A stretch of DNA of 63,546 nucleotides, filler included, from Squatina squatina (GCA_031763465.1; 4 parts of 4 records of this genome joined end to end with filler, not necessarily neighbours in it), one strand, 5' to 3'; shown: positions 23,480 through 35,898, counted from the whole stretch's first letter. Translations and numbers: made by a program. The notes: a model not told the origin generated them from the letters alone.

Positions 23480-24316
23480 CTGATATATTACTATGCAAAA
23501 AACAAAGACAGGCCTTTTGGGGCAGCTTTGTGTAAAATTGTCCGATTCCTATTTTATACCAACCTGTACTGCAGCATCCTTTTTCTCACCTGTATGAGCA
23601 TCTACAGATTCCTGGGGATCTGCTTTCCAATGCATTCCCTGAGGTGGTCAAATTTGCGATCGACCCGGATAGTGTGCATTGTTATTTGGGGCGTTGTGAT
23701 AGTATTCCAGGCACCCATATTTGTATTTGTCAACATAGAGGATACTGGTAACACCACCCTTTGTTATGACACTGCAAACCAAATACATTTCAGTAAGTTT
23801 GTGATTTACAGCGCTGTACAGTTGGTGTTGCTTTTTTGTGGCCCCTTCAGAGTGGTCTTGATCTGCTATGGACTTACGGATATAAAGCTCCGTCGGCCCA
23901 ATGTTGTGCGTCCCGAATTTGCCAGATCCAGGAAAAAATCAATCAAGATGATTATTACTATACTCACTGTCTTTGTCTTATGTTTTTTGCCTTTCCACAT
24001 CACACGCTCCATTTACTATTCCGCGAGAAGTCTTCATGTGAGCTGTAGTACGCTAGATGCAGTAAACCTGGCCTATAAGCTGACCAGGCCCCTCGCAAGT
24101 GCAAATAGTTGCCTGGATCCAATTCTTTACGTTCTAACTGGGGAAACGTATCGAAGTAAGCTGGCATGGAGAAGTAATGGTGTTGAAAAAAAGAACAACC
24201 TTCATTTAGCCAAAAAGACAACCAGTGGAGCAGATATTATGAATTCTGTTTCTACCATAGAAATCGGGCTTGAGGAAATAAAGCAAGCTACTGCTGGAAA
24301 TAGTGATGAGGTCTAA
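23480..24316 (+). CDS. P2RY2: P2Y purinoceptor 2-like GPCR, intronless CDS, 5' part (TM1-TM2) lost in gap
   Basis: Open from the gap edge: LIYYYAK...LCKIVRFLFYTNLYCSILFLTC...CFLPFHITRSIYY...AYKLTRPLASANSCLDPILY. These are P2Y2/P2Y4-subgroup motifs. YTNLY, QAP and divergent adjacency to FCHSD2 (as in human) favour P2RY2. Confidence 0.8.
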   Translation: MIYYYAKNKDRPFGAALCKIVRFLFYTNLYCSILFLTCMSIYRFLGICFPMHSLRWSNLRSTRIVCIVIWGVVIVFQAPIFVFVNIEDTGNTTLCYDTANQIHFSKFVIYSAVQLVLLFCGPFRVVLICYGLTDIKLRRPNVVRPEFARSRKKSIKMIITILTVFVLCFLPFHITRSIYYSARSLHVSCSTLDAVNLAYKLTRPLASANSCLDPILYVLTGETYRSKLAWRSNGVEKKNNLHLAKKTTSGADIMNSVSTIEIGLEEIKQATAGNSDEV

Positions 24317-24349
24317 AATTATTAATATTGCCCAGCATGGACTTTAAGC

Positions 24350-24884
24350 GGGCAATTTTCAACTGCTGGCTGTGTATTTTTCACCTGAAAAAACAGGCAG
24401 CCAGCAATTGAAAATCGGTGGGGGGCACCCCTTGGTCACCCCATTGATATCCAAGGCCTGACTGCCCATCTGAAAAAATGCTGGAGGCTGCTTAACTGTG
24501 CAGGTTGGTGTCCTACGATGGTTGCAGGACCCCGATTGCAGTTTTCGGGTACAAATGGGCAGTGTGTGCACTGCTCGAAATTCGACATGGGGCACCTTTA
24601 GTTTTTTTTGGTGATGGAGGAGGAGCGGTGCTGCTCCTGGGCCCCTTAAAGCACTCTGGTCCACTGCCGGTCCATTTAAGACCCTCCCCGGGATTGCCTC
24701 TCCCTCCTCCCAATCCCGGCCTTCTGGCCGGCTCAGCATGGGAGCCGGCCGATTCCCTTCCTTTCCAGAACTGGCATGCTGCAGCGAGGCCCTCGCCCAC
24801 ATTTACTGGCAGTGTGTTAATGAGGCCAGGGCCTCAAAATGGCACCGACTTCCTGCCTGCGTAGGCGCAACTTGAAAGTCGCCC
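24350..24884. mobile_element. GC-rich non-autonomous DNA-transposon-like element (MITE-like) with short terminal inverted repeats
   Basis: Left end gggcaattttcaa and right end ttgaaagtcgccc are imperfect reverse complements, with an abrupt GC rise between them. Confidence 0.55.
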
Positions 24885-25491
24885 ACCAAGTATCATGAAA
24901 GTCTCAACAGAGTAGGTGGCCATTTGGTCCACCATGCCTGTGTCGGTGCTAGCTCCATACCAGAGCTTGCTATGTCAATCTCATCTCCTTGCTCTTTCCC
25001 CTTACCCTTTAATCCTTTCCTTCCCGTGTTCATTTAACTGCCTCTTAAATGCAGTGCTTTGCTTTGCTTGAAAGCTACTTATGATAATGCAGAGTAGCAC
25101 CCTTGCCTGTCGCCGGCACAGTTAATCAGGCTAGGGTGATTCAACAAATAGCACCGAAAGGTACTTCTGAGACATATCACACCTTCAAGAAATCTAATTT
25201 AATTCATATTTGGGTTGAAACAGCAAACACAGATCTGACCCGGGATCCAATTTCATATTAAAAAGACTTTACTGAACTGTCCCTGGGTCTCACTTGTCTT
25301 TCTTGAATCAATCTGCACACAATTAATTGTCATACAGAATTCAGGTACATCATTTAATTCTGGTATTGAAATCAGAATTTGCACAATTTAGNNNNNNNNN
25401 NNNNNNNNNNNNNNNNNNNNNNNNNNNNNNNNNNNNNNNNNNNNNNNNNNNNNNNNNNNNNNNNNNNNNNNNNNNNNNNNNNNNNNNNNNN

Positions 25492-25658
25492 CCGAGCAAG
25501 CCACTCAGTTGTACCAAATCGCTACAAAGAAGTATCACCACACGGACTGCAGCAGTTCAAGAAGGTGGCTCAACACCACTTCCTCGAGAGCACAATTAGG
25601 GATGGGCAATAAATGCTTGCCATTGACGTCCACGTCCCATGAACAAATAAAAAAAAAA
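25492..25658 (+). mobile_element. SINE/LINE 3' end with poly(A)
   Basis: ggactgcagcagttcaagaaggtggctcaacaccac...agggatgggcaataaatgc...A10, a retroposon tail I recognise from shark genomes. Confidence 0.7.
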
Positions 25659-26559
25659 TACACGGTTGTGCACTTTTTTCAGATTATTTACCTCTTCTCT
25701 GTTAAATCAGCCTCAGTCTGATGGAATATATCCACCCACCGAGGATGAGAAGAATCATGTGGCAGCCACAATACATTCGAGTACAGTGGCAAGACTTCTC
25801 TATTCCATCCCTGGCTTTTCCTATCACTTACCGAGTTAGGGTGATGTCTCAGTGATGCCCATTGATCGAAATATTATCTGCTCTTACAACTAAAAGAATC
25901 ACGTTTTAAAAATTTGCACTGCAGCAGTTAGTGTATGCTATAGCTCGAGCTTACTCAACTGGAGAAAGATGGCGGACTTCAAAGGCAGGACAGCTATTCA
26001 CAGGCTGTTCCGTGAATTTAATGTACCAGAAAACCATACATTCCTGATCTGTCAGTCGGTTTATCGGAATATGTTTAGAAGGAGTGGGGTCACACCTGCT
26101 GAGTGTGTCACCCCTAAGTATTCCCTCATACAATTGGAAGCTCTGGTTCCCAGGGTCGAATGTTGATAAACTTCAGTAAAGTAGGATTTTATTTTTTGTT
26201 TGCTGGGTAAATAGCAACATGGCTAAAAGTAGTGCAAAACATCACAGAGAAACGCCCAACAAATGACTCAAATCTTTTTTTTGAAAAGAAACTTCTGTGT
26301 TGAGATTCTGAAAATCGCTTGAACAATCGTAAAGATATTCAGAGAACATCCGGCCCTTCATTGTCACAGTAAATAGTTATCCATTCACAGCTGGTCAGCA
26401 GAGCATTGCAAATATACAGACACCTGCTGAAAGTGTTTCATAAATGCAATCAGTTCAGTAAGTGACAGGAATGTTGTTTAAAGTCTCTTCAAGGCAATCA
26501 AAACTGGGCAAAAACAAGTGAAGTTAACTCCTGATTATAATCCTCCATCCCCTCTCTCA

Positions 26560-26830
26560 TTATTTTTACTCTCCTCTTCTAAGTTGACTACTCATGCTGC
26601 GGAATGATTCCAGCACAGTGTTGGGCACTCTATATAAGCAAACCTAAACTGTCCTCACCCAACGTCAAGCAAGTGTCACTGACTAAAGTTCAGCAGTAGG
26701 TTGACCTTTCCTCTATCCGGCCTAGGGGCTAGGGCTGCTGAGACCAATTGTATTACTCCGTGTGCTGCCCAGTTGAGAGTGACGTAACTGATCACAGATT
26801 GATCCTGGGGCCCTGTCTGGTCTGTGAGGC
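26560..26830 (-). mobile_element. old tRNA-type SINE copy
   Basis: ctgtcctcaccc, gctgagaccaattgta and tggtctgtgaggctgag blocks shared with 280-560 and 6340-6680. Confidence 0.5.
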
Positions 26831-27209
26831 TGAGTTCCTCACTCGTTCGTACCAACAGGTAACTTTCAGGCTCTGTTTGATTGGAGAATAGTGTGCATCT
26901 GAATCGTACAAACAATATTTGTCACCTTTCTCAATAAAATCTGATTTCCGTTGGAGCATATAGAGAAGAAAAATGGCAGCTGGCTTTCCTCATGGATTCA
27001 GCACCACTTCTGGCTGTCAGAAGGCAGTATGAGAAGTGCAAAGCAGCCAACGAGTGGGAGATTTATCCATCATACAGTTAGTGTCGCACTACTGCAATTA
27101 TACTTTAGANNNNNNNNNNNNNNNNNNNNNNNNNNNNNNNNNNNNNNNNNNNNNNNNNNNNNNNNNNNNNNNNNNNNNNNNNNNNNNNNNNNNNNNNNNN
27201 NNNNNNNNN

Positions 27210-28200
27210 AATAAAGGAGCCCGGAGTGGTCTACGCCGAGCTCGGTTCCTTGGGCCCGGACAGGTAAGTGTGCAATCAGCCCGACTTCGACTTCTTCGAG
27301 CAGCCGCGAAATGTTGTCCCAGCGACGGGGCTGCACTGAGCACGCGCCCGGCTACAGGGCCAGCGCCAGCTGCGCATGCTCGGCGCTGTGAGGCGACCGA
27401 GGTCGATCTGTGGATGCTGTCGATCTGTTGTGGAGAGCTGTTGTTGGGAGGCTTGGGCGCGACTTTAGCACTTTTAAAATGAGAGGCCTTTTTCTTCGCT
27501 GTACCCATTTATAACTAATGCACTATACAGACCTCGTCATATACATTCACAAAACGGGAAATTAACCAGATTTGTATAAAAAAAAAATTTAATCCAAAAA
27601 ACCCAAGGACGACTGCCTTGTTTACAAGTGGCCGCGGTGTCATTTTACTTACAGGAAACGATGTACAAGTGTTTTGTACCAATAAAAAACGAAAATTATG
27701 TAGTCGACCGACAACAGCGGAGAATACATTGTTTTGTAGGAAATAACACAGTAACGGGCATCATAGTACAGCTGGGTATTTGCTTTAGTGTGTACCAGGT
27801 ACGAACGCCTCTAGAATGTTCTGGACATTTTTTTTTCTCGGCTGCTGCGCCAAGCTTCACTTTTATCAACGCGGTTACGCACATTTGCTTTTTTTTGGTG
27901 GGGGTGGTCGTAGATCATTCCAGAAGGTCAGTGGAGCTACTTGTAGACATTCTCGCCGTGCAGGAGCGCTGAAATCCGCTGTGCGTCTTGCACCGTTTCA
28001 GGAAGTTTCGGTGTAATCTGCGACTGGGCTGACTGGTCAGGATTTGGCATCTTAACCCCCTGCGAGAGAATTGCGTCGGATTCACTGCACCGAATAAATC
28101 GTAATAAGAACAGCGCAAATATGTTCAGAGGAAGATTGGGATCGAACGGTTTGCTTTTTGCACTGTCGCGTTTCCTCCTGAATAAACGTACTGATGAACA
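27210..28200 (+). promoter_or_regulatory. CpG island with candidate non-coding first exon of an unidentified + strand gene
   Basis: High CpG density, consensus donor CAG|GTAAGT at 27263/27264, and NRF1-like tgcgcatgc near 27371. Confidence 0.6.
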
Positions 28201-31200
28201 ATCTGCAATTTGGAAACGCTTCTGTTTTGCCCCATTGTATATTATATACGTCTTATAACCGAGTAAAGATTATTATTCCCTTTCCACAATTCTGCTTTTG
28301 TATTTCGTTTTGGACGGATTTATATTTAACTTTGTAGACCAAAAGATTCTGTTGTGATTTTATTTCCTGAATGTCACTTCTAAGTACAGTACTGTCCGTT
28401 ACTGTGCGAAAGTAGACAATCCTTTACAAAATCTTGCATAGGTTGCTATGACAACATATGAAACATAAATGTAAACTTCATGGGGGCCAAGGGAAGGGAG
28501 GGTCAGGACAAGGGTCAGGGCAAGTCTGTGAAGAATTTTTGTAAATTTCTGCTCATTCTCGCTGGTGAAATCTATTGGGATATCTAATGAAATCAACCTG
28601 GACATGTTACATCTTATTAACAGTAAGAGATACTTGGAGACAATGAAAACACTCACCTCATTTACCTTTAGACAACTAAGGTACACTTAAAGTGCGACTT
28701 TAGTGTGGCGGTGAAGTGATTTCCACTTTGTAAAAGTTGTCTTATGGCTCCAGAGTTGAGATCTAACTTGACTTTGGTGAGGGTCAGCTGGGGCAAACCA
28801 TCTCACACNNNNNNNNNNNNNNNNNNNNNNNNNNNNNNNNNNNNNNNNNNNNNNNNNNNNNNNNNNNNNNNNNNNNNNNNNNNNNNNNNNNNNNNNNNNN
28901 NNNNNNNNCTTGAACCAATTTTTAAATTCCTATTCTGTAAGTTATTGATTTGGACCTCGAAGATCAGTTGACCAGAGCTGTTGTGAATTATGTTTTGCAC
29001 TTTTAATCAGTATTTTTTTTATCAACTGTTATCGGTTGCATCTCTGGTTTAGATGGAACCAAACATTTTGAATCAGATTTATGCGAATGATTAGGGGACA
29101 GTACGAAGTTCACACCGGCCTAAATGAAAATCAAGATTTCCTGTTTGAAATGGTGCTGAGCTTTCTTTGAGTGGTGAGCTTCACAGTGTAAATAATCAAG
29201 TGTCAGAACGTTGCCTGGATCAGGGCCAGTTCTCATTGATCAGGGAACACAATGATGAAGGTTCACAACATTGGCAGGGCTGTTAAAATCAGAGTGGGTC
29301 AGCGATTCAATAGAAAAGACCTCACAGGGGTTTAATATTACCCACACCGGTTTGATTGACCCTGCGCTTCTGGTAACATAATGTTTAAATATCAGATTTC
29401 GGGAAACTTTAAACACGCGCAGATTAAATCACGTTCTATAGAAAGAAAAGCTGGCTCTTACCTTTCAGTTACACGTGTCTGTTCATTATGTATATCAATA
29501 TAAACAGAACCTGTTGAAATTTATACTTACAGGCCTCTGTGCCAAAAGCAATAAAATCATAAATAAAAAAGTGTCTCACAGAATTACAGTTACGATCTCT
29601 TGCATCTCCTTTTGTCTCTTACTTTTTAACAAGGTTTTTTAATCATCGTGCTACTTCCTATCAGTATTTTGCACATCAAACTGTTTCCAATTCATTTTGA
29701 AATAATTTTTCCATTTCATATTACATTTAAAGCCGTGCTTGTCTCTCCCTTCAAACCTGGTTTCCCAGCGTGTCACAAATAACCTGCAGCTAAAATACAA
29801 ACCAAGTTCCCCTCTTATTAGTTTCCTTCACAGTTGTTTTTCAACAATTTAACAAGCTTCCTTTCCTCCAATTTTATGTTATCTCTTTATAGCAGGAGAA
29901 CTACATTTGATGTCTGTCGCGCTGATGTAAAGTTAGCTTTAGTGGCACTATTGCAATGCTACTTGTGATGTGCAAGGACAATATAATAAGAAATTTATAT
30001 AAGGTAAAGNNNNNNNNNNNNNNNNNNNNNNNNNNNNNNNNNNNNNNNNNNNNNNNNNNNNNNNNNNNNNNNNNNNNNNNNNNNNNNNNNNNNNNNNNNN
30101 NNNNNNNNNTGCAGAGACTGGTGCACTGGAAGTAACATCTTGACACTCTATGCTCCATTTAACGAGGGAGGAAAAAGGGAATTATAAATTTTTACCGTAG
30201 CTGCATAATGATCTCTCCGTGGCAATTCATATCAAAGTAAAGATCAGTATGAAGCAGCCTTAGTTTCAGAGCACCTTGAGTCTTAACAAACTTTAAGGCC
30301 TAGAAATTCTTTGATGCCACGTCTGTTTTGCAGGCATAAAATAGGCACCTAAATGGACAATATTGTGGGTGGCATGAGCATATTTCGCGCCGGAAGTGGG
30401 CTACCTACCATATTGAGAAAACTGAATCCTAGATGTCCAGGGCTCACGCTTGAAATAAGCGTAATGGCCTTTTGCATTTGCAAATAGGGAGCCTATGCAT
30501 ATTTCAGGACTCCTTCCCGAAATGGGGCTGCCCTGAATGCAGCCAGTGCCGGGCCTGATGCATTTGGAATGACAAAGTCTATGTGTGGCTAAACTTAAAG
30601 GAACTGCTGGAGGCCGCCACCAGTGCTCATCCCAGCCCCACGGCAATCCCGAAGGCCGTTGCTGGCCCCTGTTCCGCAGATAGTACAAGAACATGACCTT
30701 AAGTCCCAGTGTGCCGAAAATCACCAGAACATACTTTTGGCCAATGCATGAAGTTTCAAACCAGTGCAGACAGGTAAGGACAAACAAGAATGTACGACAA
30801 GTTTTCAGGACTATGAATCACTTTATCTAGGATTGATATGGCTGATTCTATAATTGGGTACTACCAGTAAGGAGTGATTCTCACAGGGCATGCAGGTCAG
30901 GTGATTGTGTCCCTGAAGCCTGTGATTTTCTGTTCATAAATCATAATTGATGTCGTTTTTGGCAGCATCTCATGGCATCCTTTCTCAGATTATTATTATT
31001 CGATTATTAAAAAAAAGTTTTGGGATAAGTTTCCATTTTATCCATTTTTGTTCTTTATACTTACTTTAGAGATCTGTTACAAGTGACATTTTGTTAAATT
31101 AGAATTCAATACTAAACCTGAGGTAAATAAGGAAAAAAATAGCACATCAAATGAGCGGTCTCTGCCATAATGAGCTCTAATTATTCAAAACATTCTTTGC

Positions 31201-31842
31201 TATGCTCTTTGGGACCGAGAGACTTAGATGGGATGCACAGGGCCAATTCTGTTGACCTGGATCTGTATTAGGAAGTATTATATTCTTTTACAAGACTCCA
31301 GGGAGAAATGGAATAAGCTCACATCCTGCAAGTACAGCTAGTCTCTGTGTTCCTACTCTGTTGCTGCGACTTCCCTAGGTAAGGGCGAGCACTTGAGAAT
31401 TGTAATGGTAGAAAGAGTTTGATTGGAAACTGGATTTCGGATAAAAGTGTGGACGGAGAATCCTGTGGGGCCAGTTGATGCCTGCCCCCGAATTTCTGAT
31501 ATGCACTTGGAATGGATGAACTGCTACTTCTGGAACACAAATTTATCAAAGCCACCCTGTAATGTCATAAACGCAGAGCTGAATACCCAGTAGTATTGCA
31601 TGGTACGAAGAAAGTTGGCAGGCCTGGACATTCCCTTGCATTGAGATATTGAACATAGCCCAGTCCTGAGCTGGTTCTTGTTAGTCATGTAGGCCAAGCA
31701 TGGCAAAACCTGGCAGCTAAGGCACCAAAATATTACATGGCTGTACAATGGGAAGAGAATGAAACAACTGTAGAGAATCTAATGCACTCCAGCTGTTGTT
31801 GAGTCCCAGTCAGTCAATCGATTTATTCTTTCACTCTCACAG

Positions 31843-31952
31843 GTGGTACGTGGAAACCCTGGGAAACTTGCAGCCTCACTAATTGTTATAGAGAAAATAA
31901 TGCTGAAAGTTTTAACGTTTCTTTGGGACATTTATCTCAGGCATAGCTGGAG
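31843..31952 (+). other. candidate internal exon of unknown gene (possibly 5' UTR)
   Basis: Strong acceptor tttattctttcactctcacag and donor GAG|GTATTT, 110 nt. No translation recognised. Confidence 0.3.
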
Positions 31953-32009
31953 GTATTTTGATTGCCATTTATTAACCTATGTGAAATTATTAAACATTAC
32001 GCTAAAAGC

Positions 32010-32246
32010 TAACAAGCTTACATTTATGTAACACTTTGTCATGTCCTCAGGATATCCAAAAGCACGTAACATCAAATAAATTACTTTAGAAGTGCAGTCA
32101 CTCTTGTTATTTAGGCAAACAAAGCAGACAATTTGTGCATAATCAGATCCCACAAACAGCAAATGAGTTAAGGTGAATGAAGTTGAGTGGTTCTGTTTTT
32201 GATGTTGAACGAGGAATATTGCACTGGAGTAACTGTTTGCTCATCT
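32010..32246 (-). mobile_element. degenerate Deu-domain SINE 3' half
   Basis: Aligns by eye to 3412-3600 (catgtcctcaggat, gaagtgcagtcact, caatttgtgca, tcccacaaacagc). Confidence 0.6.
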
Positions 32247-32349
32247 NNNNNNNNNNNNNNNNNNNNNNNNNNNNNNNNNNNNNNNNNNNNNNNNNNNNNN
32301 NNNNNNNNNNNNNNNNNNNNNNNNNNNNNNNNNNNNNNNNNNNNNNACT

Positions 32350-32625
32350 GATGAATGATGCAAAACCCAGGGAACATGCTTTAAAAATTAGGAAACCAGG
32401 ATTCAATGGGGAATTGAAAAAGAACTAATTCATGCAAAGGGTAATAAACATATGGAGTACATTACCAGGGAAGGCAATTAAAGGAATTAGTGTAAATGGG
32501 TTAAAGAGATGATCATAAATGTTTCTGGAGAAAGCGGGCAGGCAGGGTTGAGAGCAGCCAACAAAAGATTGAGCTTGTTAGGCGAAATGGCCTTTTCCTG
32601 TTTCCAAAATGTCCTGCATTCCTAT
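32350..32625 (+). mobile_element. degenerate CR1-type LINE 3' end
   Basis: KPREHALKIRK...FMQRVINIWSTLP-like motif followed by the aaatggcct..tcctgt tail. Confidence 0.6.
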
Positions 32626-33737
32626 ATTTAAATTGCTTTTTCTTTAACTTTTCAATGTATCAGAGCAGGAATTCAACCAAATAATTCTAAGTGGAGCTCA
32701 ATGAACACCATACGATACTTGTCTATAGCCTGTGTAGTATATCACTAACACTCCATAATCTGTTCTCCTGTGCATATAGAGGTTTATGAACCATATGTTT
32801 ATCATAATGTGAGCAACAGATCAGTTTTTGAATAGAAATGCTTAAGTAATAATAAACTTTTCAACATGAGTGTGTGCAGACTGCGTAAGACTATCACGTT
32901 ACTTGCCTGTCATTATAACAGATGATTTGGGACACTATCTTCAAAATGAAAATGACTATGAAAATTCTGGTATGAAATCCACTTAAATNNNNNNNNNNNN
33001 NNNNNNNNNNNNNNNNNNNNNNNNNNNNNNNNNNNNNNNNNNNNNNNNNNNNNNNNNNNNNNNNNNNNNNNNNNNNNNNNNNNNNNNNGCTTGAATTAAT
33101 AATTAATGCGCAGTTACATCAGGAGTTAATTTGTCTGATTTCTTGTCCATCCCACCATTGTGAAGTCTCCTTCTGGTGTTTGCTGGTACGCTCGCGCAAA
33201 ATCTGGTGCGCTTTTCCTTTTCGCTGCCACATTCCAAGGTTATTGCGAGAATGTCTTTTGCATTTGAAAACCACGCTATCAACAATCTGTCTTCCAATGT
33301 GCTGTGCAGTCTCCAGCAGGTTCTATTCTGGAATAGAGGACCTCAAGTTGATTAAAAGTACTCAGCTATCAGTTCGCTGGTGCTTTAATCAACTCTCTGT
33401 CTCCAGTTCCAACAAAGAGGCTGCTGGAGGTTGCTCTATAGCCACAGCAATTCTAGTTAGATGCAGATGTGGCAGCTTAAATGTCTGATCCAGAATTTAT
33501 ATCCCCAAGAGAATGCATTAGAGGCCCAAGTGATGCTTATGTGATACAGGAATTCCAGTGTGTTTGCTGCATAGGTTTTGTGAATAATTATCATAAAACT
33601 ACAAAAATGCATAAGAAATGCTCACTGATAAAATTTAGCAAAGATTTTTTAAAAACATACAATAAGGCTCATTCATTGTCAACTTGATTTAACCATTTGT
33701 TTGAACAAATCAAGTCAACACAGTGGAATTTTAGAAG

Positions 33738-33837
33738 NNNNNNNNNNNNNNNNNNNNNNNNNNNNNNNNNNNNNNNNNNNNTTAATTAATTAANNNNNNN
33801 NNNNNNNNNNNNNNNNNNNNNNNNNNNNNNNNNNNNN
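33738..33837. other. artificial scaffold-joining spacer (N44-TTAATTAATTAA-N44)
   Basis: 12-mer at 33782-33793 between N runs. Confidence 0.95.
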
Positions 33838-34014
33838 GCACACTCACACACTCTCACATACTCTCTCTCACACACACTCACACACACTCACACACACACT
33901 AACACACATTCACACTCACACACACACTCAGAAACACTCTCACACAGACACACTCATGCAATCACACACACACTCACACAAACATACACACACACTCACA
34001 CTCTCACACACACT
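33838..34014. repeat. imperfect (CA)n/(CACT)n microsatellite
   Basis: Directly visible. Confidence 0.95.
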
Positions 34015-35744
34015 TTATATTTTCAAGTTTGACATAGGCCAGTGACTTTTCATGTATTATCTTATCGGACATGAACAATAGCAAACCCCTCAATATAATG
34101 AGAAAAACTGCTTGGCATCTGAGCGCCAGATGATAACAAGATTGGTGTCAATTTTTAAATGGCTCCATATAGAAACTTGAATTATTCATTGCAGTTCTTA
34201 TCCTATTACCAATCTACATCCATTCAGCAATCTTTAGAACTCTCCAGCACAACAAACATTAGCAGCCTTTTAAGTGCCAACTGTCGGATTTTGAAGCTGG
34301 GATTCAGTGGATGAATCAGTATTTCACCCGATAAATTCGCTGTTGAAGCTGAGAAATTAGAAGATCAGCTGATGATTTCTAAAAATCATAGTTACAGCTG
34401 TTTCATTTCGTGTTTGACCAAAAATAAATTATATATAACAAACAAGCTTCTAAAACGCAATTTTTAAAAGCTCTTCAATTTCCTCAAAGAGGCTGATGTC
34501 TTACGTGACGATTCATCTTCTTCCATACTGGTTGGAGACATTTTTTTAAAAGAAGGAATATGTTCCCTGGTGTGAAAGGATTGTTTTGCTTTATACGATC
34601 ATGACTCTCACTGCACTTAGAAAATTCCCAGCTTTTGTAAATACCTGTACAATGGGGAGTAGGATTGGAGTGGAGATGAGCTTTAAAACATACGCTTGGA
34701 TTCCCCTGTTTGGAATTCTGCTGTAGGGGGTGAATTGCAGCATCTGGTTATGTTCTGTAACTTTGAACGTTGCTTTCAGTTGTTTACTCACCCATACCAT
34801 GGTCACCAAGGTTTACTCCCCACACTTGTTCCTGCAAACCACGTTTTTTTGAATAAAAAAAAGTTTCATTGTGTAATCATTGTTATTTTAAGTAAAAAAA
34901 AACTTGCTTGCAGGGTCAAATAGCAATATAGTCTATAAATTACTGTTGCCGATAATAGCTAGGAATGCTGAATACACTCATATGAGATTCCTCTGACAGC
35001 TATTTTAATGGAGACGTTACCCCATTTATTTGAAATGCCTAATGCCTGTTAAAATAGCAGACAAAGGAATGCCATAGCAAGGCATTAAGCATTTGTCTGC
35101 TGGTACCATATCACAAAAACAGTCATTTCTAGCCTCTTATTCTGTTTTTGAAACCTTAAAACATATGTTTGAAATGTACATCAGCATGGTAAAGGGGATA
35201 TTTAATGTTTTGAAGCAACCTATGATCATAAATCAGTTCTAAGGTTTTGTCTTGATGACACTGAGCCCTTCTTAGACCTCCTGAAGCGACTTAAAAATAA
35301 AAATTAATTAATGGGAACCTCCCGCATGGCAGATGCGATTAATTCAGTTAAGAATTAAATAAAAGTTTGGGATGTAACCATTTCTGTTGCTTAGCAAAAG
35401 CTCCTCAATATACTGGCATACCTCTCTAAAGCAGTTTATAATTCTCTGACCGCCATCTTGTAAAAATGGAAATTATACCACAACCTCCATAGGGGATCAT
35501 TTTCTCTGGTTGCTAAGTGTTAATCCATTCATAAACCTAGCAGGAGGATTTCCTATTTATTATTTGCTAAAAGAAGAGAAAACTGAAGAAATCATCACAG
35601 ACACAATTCCAATGTCGCTACACATTGTGAGCAGAGAGGTTCCTGCTCCATATAGATGTAAACTCAATAATGAGTGTCTTTAAGCCCGCTCTGATAGATG
35701 GGGATTGACTTAACTTATCTCAACCAGGGCATCTCAAGTCTGCT

Positions 35745-35898
35745 TTGCCATTCAATTAGATCATGGCTGATATTCTATCTCAAATCCATTTTCCTGCATT
35801 ATCCCCATAGCCCTTGATGTTATTAATATCTGGAAATCTATCAATCATTGTCTTGAATATGCTCAATGACTGAGCACCCACAGCCCTCTGGGGTAGAG
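35745..35898 (-). mobile_element. CR1-type LINE 3' fragment
   Basis: Close to 7780-7870 (gccattcaa..agatcatggctgat...tatccccata.cccttgat). Confidence 0.8.

Noticed and set aside
9756-24316. Linkage of PAK3/CHRDL1 (human Xq) with FCHSD2/P2RY2 (human 11q13) as an ancestral paralogon block
   Set aside because: The two groups are separated by an artificial spacer, so adjacency is uninformative.
24359-24864. Overlapping 95-147 aa ORFs
   Set aside because: They fall inside a GC-rich TIR-bounded repeat and show no protein similarity.
35570-35630. Ninjurin first exon (EEKTEEIITDTIPMSLHI|gtgagc)
   Set aside because: No recognisable ninjurin similarity and no convincing upstream start; the remaining ninjurin exons are probably in gaps.
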